DNA from: a virus
Taxonomy: Duplodnaviria > Caudoviricetes
IMG/VR virus record: IMGVR_UViG_3300025160_000002
Coordinates: 1 to 50,950 of that record
Reading direction: 5' to 3' (one strand)
Length of the DNA: 50,950 nt
Below are positions 17,799 through 26,467 of the stretch, in pieces. The position numbers and the translations under genes are program-made. The stretch's first letter is position 1. Every line of letters starts with the position of its first letter. The notes below the pieces were generated by a model that was given only the letters and a program-made list of their open reading frames with translations, was not told the origin of the DNA and did not search any database.

Positions 17799-17826
17799 TA
17801 AACTTTTGTTCATATTTGGCGTCTAA
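17799..17826 (+). promoter_or_regulatory. ECF (sigmaE/AlgU-type) promoter
   Basis: TAAACTT-TTGTTCATATTTGGCG-TCTAA; same boxes and 16-nt spacer as 5996-6023 and 20291-20318. Confidence 0.75.
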
Positions 17827-17831
17827 TATAT

Positions 17832-17995
17832 TAGGAGCCTCAAGGAATGTATCTATACGTGAGTACATGGATGTACGAACGATACTTCCAATCAGGGATG
17901 ATAGCCCTAGCGGCGATTGCGCGTGTGAAGGCATGGATGCCGAAACGATACCTGGTTTCTTGTGTGGCTGGACGGATACAGACACACGTATGCAG
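17832..17995 (+). ncRNA. Candidate CsrA/RsmA-binding RNA (CsrB/RsmY/RsmZ-like)
   Basis: 7 GGA in about 145 nt, 5 as ANGGA; hairpins GTACA-TGGA-TGTAC, ATCA-GGGA-TGAT, GGCA-TGGA-TGCC. Confidence 0.7.
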
Positions 17996-18034
17996 AGGTA
18001 AATATCAACAGAGATAACCAACATAGGTGAACAT

Positions 18035-18508
18035 ATGAAAACACTAAATATACTAGATAAATATCTTACTATTGTATCTTCATTACTAGATATAAATAAA
18101 GAAGAGTTATTAATTACTGTTGACAAGGAAATAATAGGCAGTTTGCCTGATTATACAAAACCCGAATTTCCTGTAAATTGGTCTTTAGGTACGTATGAAC
18201 TAGTAACTAAGGAGAATAAACTAATTGCATCCTGGGAGCTATACCAAATGCCACATTGTTGTGGAATAATGGTTTCTACAAAAGCTTTTGTAGTTGAGCA
18301 GTATAGAGGTAAAAGGGTAGGAGGAGTATTAAATCAATTAAGACAAGATATAGGTACACACCTTGGATTTTCATTAATGTTTTGCACAGATATTGTACAA
18401 AATATACACCAAAGACAGTTATTGAACACTCAAGGTTTTCAAGATATTTATGCGTTTGTTAATAGACGAACAACAAATACAGTTATTCTTTCAGTAATTA
18501 ATTTATAA
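18035..18508 (+). CDS. GNAT-like protein with CCG motif (paralog of 11686-12195)
   Basis: LYQMPHCCGIM, VVEQYRGKRVGGVL. Confidence 0.72.
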   Translation: MKTLNILDKYLTIVSSLLDINKEELLITVDKEIIGSLPDYTKPEFPVNWSLGTYELVTKENKLIASWELYQMPHCCGIMVSTKAFVVEQYRGKRVGGVLNQLRQDIGTHLGFSLMFCTDIVQNIHQRQLLNTQGFQDIYAFVNRRTTNTVILSVINL

Positions 18509-18685
18509 ATGCTCCTGTTACAAACACTAATAAAGACTGGAAAGATATTACTTCAATGCCCGAAGTGTAGTATTAAATTCTACTGGTCTACTGTAAGGAA
18601 GAAGATTAAATGTCCTGGGTGCAACTTACTTTCTAGTACGAGGTTTTATGCGAGAGCAAATAAGAGTAATGGGAATGCAGCTTAA
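18509..18685 (+). CDS. Small zinc-ribbon protein (58 aa, below cutoff)
   Basis: ATG abuts the previous stop; CPKC...CPGC. Confidence 0.55.
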   Translation: MLLLQTLIKTGKILLQCPKCSIKFYWSTVRKKIKCPGCNLLSSTRFYARANKSNGNAA

Positions 18686-19424
18686 CGTAGGAGATTCTAA
18701 ACGATTCCATTGTCCTTTCTGCCTAGCTACCCATGAAAAATCTTTAACAATTACTAGAACGCCTGCTGGTTTATTGTATATTTGTTTCCGGGCTAAATGC
18801 AATGCTCAAGGTATAGTAGGCGATATACGCATGGAACCTATAAAGAATAAAGTCTTTGTTCCACAGATAATTACCGAGCCTCTTGTTACGTTACCAGAAG
18901 ATATATATAATAAATATTTAGCACAATATAATCTTGACTATCAAGATTGGAATATATTGCACCATGTTAAATGGGCTCCAGGAAGTAACTCATTATATTT
19001 TCCTATGTATAATCCGTGGGGAGCATTGATAGGGGCTCAGCTTAAACGTTTAGATAAACATATACCCAAAGTACTAACATTTAGATATACGGAAGAACCA
19101 TTAGTACACTTCCCATTAGATGTTCTTAAAGAATATGTCGAATTAGTCGTAGTGGAAGATTTTATATCTGCTGCTGTAGTGCATGAAGTTTCCCCTGTAT
19201 GTTCGATTAATGGCACGAATATAACTAAAGATATGCTAAAGCTGTTCAAGATAATAGGGGTTACGAATCTTATCTTAATGCTTGATGGTGATGCAGTAGC
19301 TAAAGCTGTTACTATAAAAAAATCAATAGGTCCGTTATTTAAATCTTGTAGAATTATACCTTTACCAGTCGGTACTGATCCTAAAGATTTATCATATAAA
19401 CAACTTGAGAGATATCTGATATGA
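18648..19424 (+). CDS. DNA primase (Zn finger plus TOPRIM)
   Basis: CPFC...CFRAKC; VVVED; LMLDGDA; DPKD. Confidence 0.88.
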   Translation: MREQIRVMGMQLNVGDSKRFHCPFCLATHEKSLTITRTPAGLLYICFRAKCNAQGIVGDIRMEPIKNKVFVPQIITEPLVTLPEDIYNKYLAQYNLDYQDWNILHHVKWAPGSNSLYFPMYNPWGALIGAQLKRLDKHIPKVLTFRYTEEPLVHFPLDVLKEYVELVVVEDFISAAVVHEVSPVCSINGTNITKDMLKLFKIIGVTNLILMLDGDAVAKAVTIKKSIGPLFKSCRIIPLPVGTDPKDLSYKQLERYLI

Positions 19425-19433
19425 GTATTTAAT

Positions 19434-20075
19434 ATGATACATACGGTATTATTTATACTACTATTTTTACCTGTTAACCTGATGGCAGGTCATTCATTAA
19501 GTCAATATGCCTCAGAGATGGAGATTAAGTACCAACTCCCTAAGGACTTACTAGTAAACATCTGTACTGTGGAGTCTAATTGGAGGAATGTTAAAGGACT
19601 ACATGGAGAGCTGGGAGTATGCCAATTACGTCCAAGTTCTGTTAAACACGCCTTTCCAGACCTCACTAGAACCTCTACAAGCTATTATAAGATAGGGGAT
19701 AAGGGGGTAGGTAGGATACAGTATAAACTATCGCTCTTAGGGGTTCCTACGAAGGTTACTGATGTATATGATCTACAGACCATAGTATCAGTTAGGGCTT
19801 TTCAGAATGAGCATAAATTAGTAGTTGATGGTATAGTTGGCCCAAAGACTTGGGATAAACTCATGGGCACTCCCTTCCCTAAAGCTACTTTAGAAGATAA
19901 GTTATGGAATCCTAAAGATAATATAGAAATAGCAGCGATGTATATAGCTAGGCTAAGTAGGATATTAGATACTACTGATCCTAGTATTCTAGCTGTAGCG
20001 TATAATGGGGGAGAAAAGAGTTGGCCGGTTAAGTACTTGAAAAAACTTGAGAAATTAAATAGGGGTATACAATGA
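19434..20075 (+). CDS. SLT-like lytic transglycosylase with inserted peptidoglycan-binding domain and N-terminal signal
   Basis: VES, GVCQL, AYNGG; VRAFQNEHKLVVDGIVGPKTW. Confidence 0.85.
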   Translation: MIHTVLFILLFLPVNLMAGHSLSQYASEMEIKYQLPKDLLVNICTVESNWRNVKGLHGELGVCQLRPSSVKHAFPDLTRTSTSYYKIGDKGVGRIQYKLSLLGVPTKVTDVYDLQTIVSVRAFQNEHKLVVDGIVGPKTWDKLMGTPFPKATLEDKLWNPKDNIEIAAMYIARLSRILDTTDPSILAVAYNGGEKSWPVKYLKKLEKLNRGIQ

Positions 20076-20272
20076 CAATTTTGTGCCATAGGTGTAAAGT
20101 AATCCTAGGTGAATGTCTTTGTAGACAAGGGATTAAACCTACTATAGGTACTTGCCCTTGTCAGCAAGGGTACTATATGTACGCCCATGTAAGTTACTGT
20201 TGTACTTGTTGGTTTGATTCTGGTAAAGCTAAGGAATGTGCTGATGATAATGCATCTGTTCATGGTTTTTAA
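20072..20272 (+). CDS. Cys-rich small protein
   Basis: ATGA coupling; many Cys. Confidence 0.5.
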   Translation: MTILCHRCKVILGECLCRQGIKPTIGTCPCQQGYYMYAHVSYCCTCWFDSGKAKECADDNASVHGF

Positions 20273-20290
20273 TTAATTTAACAAAAACAG

Positions 20291-20318
20291 TAAACTTTTT
20301 ACCGTTTTTGGCGTCTAA
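20291..20318 (+). promoter_or_regulatory. ECF (sigmaE/AlgU-type) promoter for the middle/replication genes
   Basis: TAAACTTTTTACCGTTTTTGGCGTCTAA, exact inverted copy of 5996-6023. Confidence 0.8.
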
Positions 20319-20332
20319 CAATAGAGAGATCT

Positions 20333-20632
20333 ATGAAAACATTAGTAGAATCAGGTATAGTAGAGTGTGGTCCTGGGTGGGATAAATTAATTCAGCCTGT
20401 GCTGGATGCTTGTGCAGTAGAGGGTGTACAGATCACCCAGATTAAAGAAAAGTATGGAACATTGCGGATTTACACTGGACCTGCCCCCGATAAAATATAT
20501 AGTTTAATAGACACGGCAGAGGTACAGTCGGCGTTTACTTGTGAAACGTGTGGGGCTCCTGGTACGTTACAAGGTCATGGGTGGGTATATACTGCATGTG
20601 ATTTACATATAAGAAAAGGATATGACCCATGA
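20333..20632 (+). CDS. Conserved phage protein
   Basis: CGPGW, QIKEKYGTLRIY, CETCGAPG, C..H. Confidence 0.8.
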   Translation: MKTLVESGIVECGPGWDKLIQPVLDACAVEGVQITQIKEKYGTLRIYTGPAPDKIYSLIDTAEVQSAFTCETCGAPGTLQGHGWVYTACDLHIRKGYDP

Positions 20633-20811
20633 TAACTGTTAAGAAGTTGATCGTGGAACTACAAAAGTTCCCGACAGATGCTAAGTGCTATGGCTACTAC
20701 GAGTGTGCCGGTGTTACTGGCGTTATCATTAAGTCCTCTGACGGTAAGTCTGAATTGAGCTACATAGAGACTCAAAGCAGCGAGTACGTGAGACAGGAGG
20801 AAGCTAAATGA
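20629..20811 (+). CDS. Hypothetical protein
   Basis: ATGA overlaps at both ends. Confidence 0.65.
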   Translation: MITVKKLIVELQKFPTDAKCYGYYECAGVTGVIIKSSDGKSELSYIETQSSEYVRQEEAK

Positions 20812-21143
20812 AAGTGAAGGTCGAGGTATATTTGAAGTACGACGATAACAAACCACACGATGATAACGTAGGGTTTTATGCGTTTCTGGACGGTGACGCC
20901 GAATTGAAAGATAAGAAATTGAAGAAACTGTTCGATGCGGCCAGAACTAAAGTGCTGCACGACGTGCGCCAGCACGAGGAAAAGGTAGAGCCGTTTCATA
21001 AGGAATGCCTCGCAGACGAGTACAAGTGGATATCTATAGGTTACAAGTTGTCCAGCAACGCAGATGGTGTAATTGTTATAACACCGTTCCGTGAAGAATT
21101 GCCCGCACAAGAGGCTTCTGATCCTGGTTTGCTTCGGAGGTAA
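20808..21143 (+). CDS. Hypothetical protein (GC-richer)
   Basis: AGGAGG RBS; ATGA overlap. Confidence 0.7.
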   Translation: MKVKVEVYLKYDDNKPHDDNVGFYAFLDGDAELKDKKLKKLFDAARTKVLHDVRQHEEKVEPFHKECLADEYKWISIGYKLSSNADGVIVITPFREELPAQEASDPGLLRR

Positions 21144-21152
21144 AAAATAAAC

Positions 21153-21797
21153 ATGAATCCTCATAAAATATACTTTATTTCGGATTTACATTTGGGTCAC
21201 AACCTTATGACTCAACCACGCACTGATGGTACAACCTTCCGTAAACAAGGGCATGAAGAACGTATACTAAAAGCATGGTCGCATATAGTAAAACCTACAG
21301 ATCATGTATATATGCTAGGGGATATAGCTATGACCAAGGTATCATATTGGTTTAGTCGTATCAAAGAATTACCAGGAACTAAGCATCTGGTTTGTGGAAA
21401 TCACGATCAAAACAGAGCCAAATGGTACCTTAAATATGTGGATACAGTTAGTTTATTTGGTGAATTAAATTACCTTAAATTGGAATTAGGTGCTAATGAA
21501 GTAACTGATCCCCCAATTACTTATTGGGGGAATATTCTTCTTAGTCATGTACCTGCGTTTGAATCAGTTGGAACTGCTTATGATAGTAGATTTCAAGGGC
21601 TTATGCGTAAAGGAGAAACTTGGTTTCATAGGGCTAGTTGCCTGTTAAACATACACGGGCATACCCATGGGAAAGGGGCAGAGAAACATAACACCATAGA
21701 TATTGGGATTGATGCAGTAGGGGAATATCCTATATCATTAGAGCAGATTCTTCACGTTAAATTGCCTGGTATAGGATTACCGAGGGTAGAAGTATGA
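21153..21797 (+). CDS. Calcineurin-like metallophosphoesterase
   Basis: SDLHLGH, LGD, GNHD, LSH, HGHTH. Confidence 0.9.
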   Translation: MNPHKIYFISDLHLGHNLMTQPRTDGTTFRKQGHEERILKAWSHIVKPTDHVYMLGDIAMTKVSYWFSRIKELPGTKHLVCGNHDQNRAKWYLKYVDTVSLFGELNYLKLELGANEVTDPPITYWGNILLSHVPAFESVGTAYDSRFQGLMRKGETWFHRASCLLNIHGHTHGKGAEKHNTIDIGIDAVGEYPISLEQILHVKLPGIGLPRVEV

Positions 21798-22426
21798 ACG
21801 AAAAATCAGATGAAGAACTAATTAAGGGAATGCAGTATACTACAGACCCTTCAATCATAAAAGTATTATATACAATTATAGTAGAAAGAAACTATAAACC
21901 TTTAACTACTTATGTGAAAGGTTTAGTTAAAGGAGATACATTTGATGCACACGATATTGTGCATAGTGCTTTTATTAAAGCCCTAGAAAATTATAATTCT
22001 TTTGATAACAAATCGTCGGTTAATACTTGGTTGTGTGCTATTGCACGTAATGATTATTATAGTAGTATTCGTACTGCTAAACGTAGACCTCCTACTCATG
22101 ATGTTCCGATAGATGAATTTATTTTAGAAGATGAACCTATTTTAGATCCAGAGTATTTATATATAAAGGGGAAACTCATGGAAGCTTTTACTGATTATGA
22201 TGACCCGTCAAATATCTATCAAAGTGTACAAACACTTGAAGAAATTGAAGAACTTATAGATGATTTACCGGAGCATTTACAACAGCTTTATACTATGAGG
22301 TATGTAGATCAATTAGAGTATAACGAAATAGCTGAGAAACTACAAGTACCTGTAAGCACTATTAAAAATAGATTGTTCGAATTAAATGTTATTATAAACC
22401 GTATAGTTAATGTAGAAGGGTGTTAA
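21794..22426 (+). CDS. ECF sigma factor, RpoE/AlgU-like
   Basis: DAHDIVHSAFIKA, SSVNTWLCAIARN, RRPP, region 4 LEYNEIAEKLQVPVSTIKNRL. Confidence 0.9.
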   Translation: MNEKSDEELIKGMQYTTDPSIIKVLYTIIVERNYKPLTTYVKGLVKGDTFDAHDIVHSAFIKALENYNSFDNKSSVNTWLCAIARNDYYSSIRTAKRRPPTHDVPIDEFILEDEPILDPEYLYIKGKLMEAFTDYDDPSNIYQSVQTLEEIEELIDDLPEHLQQLYTMRYVDQLEYNEIAEKLQVPVSTIKNRLFELNVIINRIVNVEGC

Positions 22427-23605
22427 GTGAATGAAAACAAAGTTATTGCTACCATTGCTTCTTCGAGGGAAGCATTTAATAAACTAGCTTCCTTTATAGA
22501 AACTAAAACCTTTTCTGATTTAGGACAACTATTATATATTGCTATTACAAAATATTATGCAGCAGATAAGGATGCAGTAAAAGCAGATGTAGAAGTAATT
22601 GGAGAGAAATTAAAAACTAAAGTAGGTAAAAACTATGGTATGCTTAATGAGTATATTCAATCATTACCTGAACCTACTTCAGTTCCTAATCTATTAGAAT
22701 TGTTTAATGAGCATATAAAAGAAAGAAAAGGATTAGAGATTGTTCATGCCCTAACTTCTAATAAAGATACTCACGCAGTAAAATTAATGGAAGAATTCTT
22801 AGCTATTGATGTAACAGACCAAGAGGATAATATATATAATGCTACTCCACTGGATGTGCTCGAACAACATTTTATTGGAACAAATCTTATTCCTATTTAT
22901 CCTACTAAGCTTAATCAGTTGCTTGGGGGCGGTGTACCTAGACAATATCAAATCTGTATCTTTGCTCGTCCTAATATCGGTAAGTCTACTGCTGCTATTA
23001 ATATCGCTGCCGGTGCTGCAAGGAATGGTTACCAAGTATTGTATGTAGGTAATGAAGATCCAGCACCAGTAATGGTATATCGTTTAGTATCCAGGCTTAT
23101 AGGTGTATCCGAGCATGAGATTAAAAAGAATTTAAATAAATACTATGAGGAAGCTCTTTTACATGGCTATAAGAATATATTTCTGGCTCCTTTACATCCA
23201 GGAAATTTACAAGAAGTTCGTATTTTGGTGGAAAAGTATAAACCGGATATAGTTATTATAGACCAGATACGCAATATGAATATTAAACCGGAGAGCATGA
23301 CTATTAATCTTGAGCAGGGGGTTATAGGTATGCGTAACTTAGCTAAGGAATTTAATTTTGTATCTGTTGTAGTTACTCAGGCTGGAGAAAGTGCAGCGCA
23401 TAAACTTATATTGTCTCAAGAAGATGTTGAATGGAGTAACACTGGGGTAGCAGGACAGATGGATTTAATGATAGGTATGTCTACTAATGATGACCTAGAG
23501 CGTGGGGGTAAAGTGATGTTAAGTTTTCCTAAGCGTAAATATGGTCCTAAAATTCAACCATTCCATGCTAAAATAGATTATACTACTAACACTATACTAG
23601 CATGA
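22427..23605 (+). CDS. DnaB-like replicative helicase
   Basis: FARPNIGKST, NED, IVIIDQ, VTQA, DLMIG. Confidence 0.9.
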   Translation: MNENKVIATIASSREAFNKLASFIETKTFSDLGQLLYIAITKYYAADKDAVKADVEVIGEKLKTKVGKNYGMLNEYIQSLPEPTSVPNLLELFNEHIKERKGLEIVHALTSNKDTHAVKLMEEFLAIDVTDQEDNIYNATPLDVLEQHFIGTNLIPIYPTKLNQLLGGGVPRQYQICIFARPNIGKSTAAINIAAGAARNGYQVLYVGNEDPAPVMVYRLVSRLIGVSEHEIKKNLNKYYEEALLHGYKNIFLAPLHPGNLQEVRILVEKYKPDIVIIDQIRNMNIKPESMTINLEQGVIGMRNLAKEFNFVSVVVTQAGESAAHKLILSQEDVEWSNTGVAGQMDLMIGMSTNDDLERGGKVMLSFPKRKYGPKIQPFHAKIDYTTNTILA

Positions 23606-23847
23606 AAACTACATCGACTAGAGAAGTTCGTTGCCAATTGTGCGAGTGGCTTGGGGCAGAAGATAAACTTCTAATAGCGCATAATCCCTTTGATGCTGTA
23701 GACCTTATTTACGGTTGCCCAAGTTGCAAGTCTATTGGGCATTTTACGGAAATCTGTGATGAGCCGTTATGTCGTAGTGAAGCGCATATTGGTTCTCCTA
23801 CGGAGGACGGCTACAGGAGAACGTGTTACCGGCATGTACCGGCTTGA
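23602..23847 (+). CDS. Cys-rich hypothetical protein
   Basis: CQLC, CPSC, C..H; ATGA overlap. Confidence 0.7.
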   Translation: MKTTSTREVRCQLCEWLGAEDKLLIAHNPFDAVDLIYGCPSCKSIGHFTEICDEPLCRSEAHIGSPTEDGYRRTCYRHVPA

Positions 23848-23863
23848 TGAGATAAATACTTTG

Positions 23864-24247
23864 ATGAACATCCTGCTGAAAACGCTTAGAGTATTGGCTG
23901 TGGGCTTTGGTCCCTTTAAGTATAAGCTCGCTGCTGCTGCACTAGATGAGAGGGGCAAGGTAATAGCATACGGTACTAATATCCGTAAAACTCATCCTCT
24001 ACAGGCGCACCATGCTAAGAACACCAATCAGCCAGATAAGGTTTTTCTTCATGCGGAGATCGCAGCACTTGTTAAATGCAGAAGTCAGCCCCATAGTTTG
24101 TTTGTTATAAGGGTCCGTGGAAACGGTTCCTTGGGCATGGCTAAACCTTGCCCCATATGCATGTCTGCTATAATAGAAGCTGGTGTACGAACTATTAGGT
24201 ATAGTAATAGCGCTGGAGATATCGTCGAGGAACAAGTATGTATATAG
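23864..24247 (+). CDS. Zn-dependent deaminase (cytidine deaminase superfamily), substrate unknown
   Basis: HAEIAAL and KPCPIC; start set at ATG 23864. Confidence 0.85.
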   Translation: MNILLKTLRVLAVGFGPFKYKLAAAALDERGKVIAYGTNIRKTHPLQAHHAKNTNQPDKVFLHAEIAALVKCRSQPHSLFVIRVRGNGSLGMAKPCPICMSAIIEAGVRTIRYSNSAGDIVEEQVCI

Positions 24248-24441
24248 AATGTAAAGCAGGGCAATTAAGTGATGTCTGGGTTCCAGTCCCTTTAAATTAT
24301 GCTATAGGTTTCTTGTCTCTGGATGACGGAGATTATAGAAAAGCAGAAATAACGGCTTTACTAGATGCAGGAGAAACTCTTGAGAGAGCAGGGTATCAAT
24401 TTAGAAAGAGTGCCGACGGGTTAGGCGCAGGAGATAAATGA
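24238..24441 (+). CDS. Hypothetical protein
   Basis: GAGG RBS; packed. Confidence 0.6.
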   Translation: MYIECKAGQLSDVWVPVPLNYAIGFLSLDDGDYRKAEITALLDAGETLERAGYQFRKSADGLGAGDK

Positions 24442-24638
24442 TGACTAAGCAGGAATTTAAAATTCGTTGGGAATCAGACGAACACGGCGGAGGAATTACG
24501 TTCGATGATATTGCAGAGTGCGCGATAGAGTGGGGGATTGCTAGAAGACCCCGCATTATGCAAATAGATGTGGTGCGTTACCAAGTGCTAAAGCACGCCG
24601 GAACAAACGATTACCAAGAGTTTCAACCACGAGGTTAG
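24438..24638 (+). CDS. Hypothetical protein
   Basis: AGGAG RBS; ATGA overlap. Confidence 0.7.
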   Translation: MMTKQEFKIRWESDEHGGGITFDDIAECAIEWGIARRPRIMQIDVVRYQVLKHAGTNDYQEFQPRG

Positions 24639-24673
24639 GTTCACGATGAGAACACAACCAAAAGGGGGACGCG

Positions 24674-26467
24674 ATGCACCTTCCTAAATTCATAACTGAC
24701 CCTAATCCTGAAATTTATCTTAGTGATAACTATCTAGTTTTGGATCTTGAGACTACAAACTATGACTACGGTGATGCCCGCAATAATAATAATTCAATTG
24801 TTTTTGGGTTTGCTACTTCTCCGAAAGGGAACCACTTTGTATTTAAATCGGGTGGTGCTCTACTTGATTCACGGATTGACTGGAGTGAATTTGACTTTAT
24901 TGTTTGTCAAAATGCTAAGTTTGAATTAAAATGGTTATATAGAGCAGGTGTAGATATATCTAAGATACTTGTATACGACACTATGCTTGGAGATTATGTT
25001 ATAGCGGGGAATAGAGGGTGGTCGTTAGACTTAGATTCGATATGTCACAGATACGAAGTCCCTACTAAATCAAACTATGTTCATCAGTTGATACAAAAAG
25101 AAGTATGTCCTAGCTCTATATCCTCTAGAGCAGTTCAAGAATACTGCATGAACGATGTAATGATTACAGAGCAGGTAATGCTAAAACAAAGACAAAAATT
25201 AAAAGAAGAAAAATTATTACCTGCTTTTTTTATTCGATGTCTAACTACTCCAGTCATAGCCGAAATGGAAATGCACGGAATGTATTTAGATAAAGAGTTA
25301 TCTTTAAAATTATCTAAAGACTTTAACTTAAGATATAATGATATTGTTACACAATTAGATGAGATTACAGGGGGAATTAATATGGCATCCCCTAAACAGG
25401 TATCTAATTTCTTATACACAACATTAAAGTTTCCTCCCCCTAAAACTGCTTACGGGAAACCTATTGTAGGGCTTACAGGACGACCTAAAACGGACGAGAA
25501 AACTCTTTTGTTACTTAAACCTAATACTCCTAAACAGAAAGAATTCCTGGAGTTAAAAGGACATGAAAGTAAACTACGTAAAAAGATTACTGGGTATACC
25601 AATAGATTTGTAGATATAGTTAAAAACAAAGATTGTATTATGTATGGAAATTTTAATCAGCATGTGGTTGATACTCACAGATTATCGTCTAGTAATCCTA
25701 ATCTACAAAATATTGATAGAGCTTTAAAACAGGTAATTAAAGCCAGAATTCCAGGTAATAGTATTATAAGCATAGATTATGCGGGTATTGAGTTTAGAAC
25801 TGGTGGGCAGCTATCGCAAGACCCACAAGTTTTAGATGACATTATAAATAAATTTGATGTTCATTCTTACACTGCTAGCATTATTTTTAACGAACAGTGG
25901 GAAGAAACTGGGAGTACTAAAACAAATTCTATAGGGGAAGAAATTAGGAACAAAGCTAAAGCAGATACGTTTGGTCCTATGTACGGTAAAGTAAGAGGCA
26001 CAGATAAACAAGTAGAATACTTTGAGGCTTTCAGAAAAAAATATAAAGTAATGACTGATACCCAAGAAAGTTGGGTTCAAGAAGTATTAGATAAAGGATA
26101 CCTAACAACTGTTACAGAAGTTAAACTTTATTACCCACATACAGAATATACTCAGTCTGGTTATGTAACTAATAGTACTAAAATTAAGAATAATCCTATC
26201 CAGATGTTTGCTACAGCAGATATAGCCCCAACAGGTGTAGCATTACTATGGCATAGTATGAAAGTTAATAATCTAAAATCTTTTTTAATAGCAGAAATTC
26301 ATGATTCTGCTGTAGGAGAAATATACCCAGATGAAATAGAGATAATGAATAAACTAGCAACACAGTGCATGGCAAAAGATATAGTTCCTTTTTTTAAGAA
26401 AGTTTATGGGTATGAACTGAATTACCCCTTAGATGTAGAAGTAAAAATAGGGCAGTCATGGCGTTAA
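24674..26467 (+). CDS. Family A DNA polymerase with 3'-5' exonuclease
   Basis: LDLET, NAKFE, YCMND; RLSSSNPNLQN; motif A DYAGIEFR; motif B RNKAKADTFGPMYG; motif C IHDS. Confidence 0.95.
   Translation: MHLPKFITDPNPEIYLSDNYLVLDLETTNYDYGDARNNNNSIVFGFATSPKGNHFVFKSGGALLDSRIDWSEFDFIVCQNAKFELKWLYRAGVDISKILVYDTMLGDYVIAGNRGWSLDLDSICHRYEVPTKSNYVHQLIQKEVCPSSISSRAVQEYCMNDVMITEQVMLKQRQKLKEEKLLPAFFIRCLTTPVIAEMEMHGMYLDKELSLKLSKDFNLRYNDIVTQLDEITGGINMASPKQVSNFLYTTLKFPPPKTAYGKPIVGLTGRPKTDEKTLLLLKPNTPKQKEFLELKGHESKLRKKITGYTNRFVDIVKNKDCIMYGNFNQHVVDTHRLSSSNPNLQNIDRALKQVIKARIPGNSIISIDYAGIEFRTGGQLSQDPQVLDDIINKFDVHSYTASIIFNEQWEETGSTKTNSIGEEIRNKAKADTFGPMYGKVRGTDKQVEYFEAFRKKYKVMTDTQESWVQEVLDKGYLTTVTEVKLYYPHTEYTQSGYVTNSTKIKNNPIQMFATADIAPTGVALLWHSMKVNNLKSFLIAEIHDSAVGEIYPDEIEIMNKLATQCMAKDIVPFFKKVYGYELNYPLDVEVKIGQSWR

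Noticed and set aside
17774-18001. 75-aa ORF (and opposite 17764-18126 ORF)
   Set aside because: No RBS, low-complexity start, runs across a conserved promoter; the RNA hairpin pattern explains the region better.
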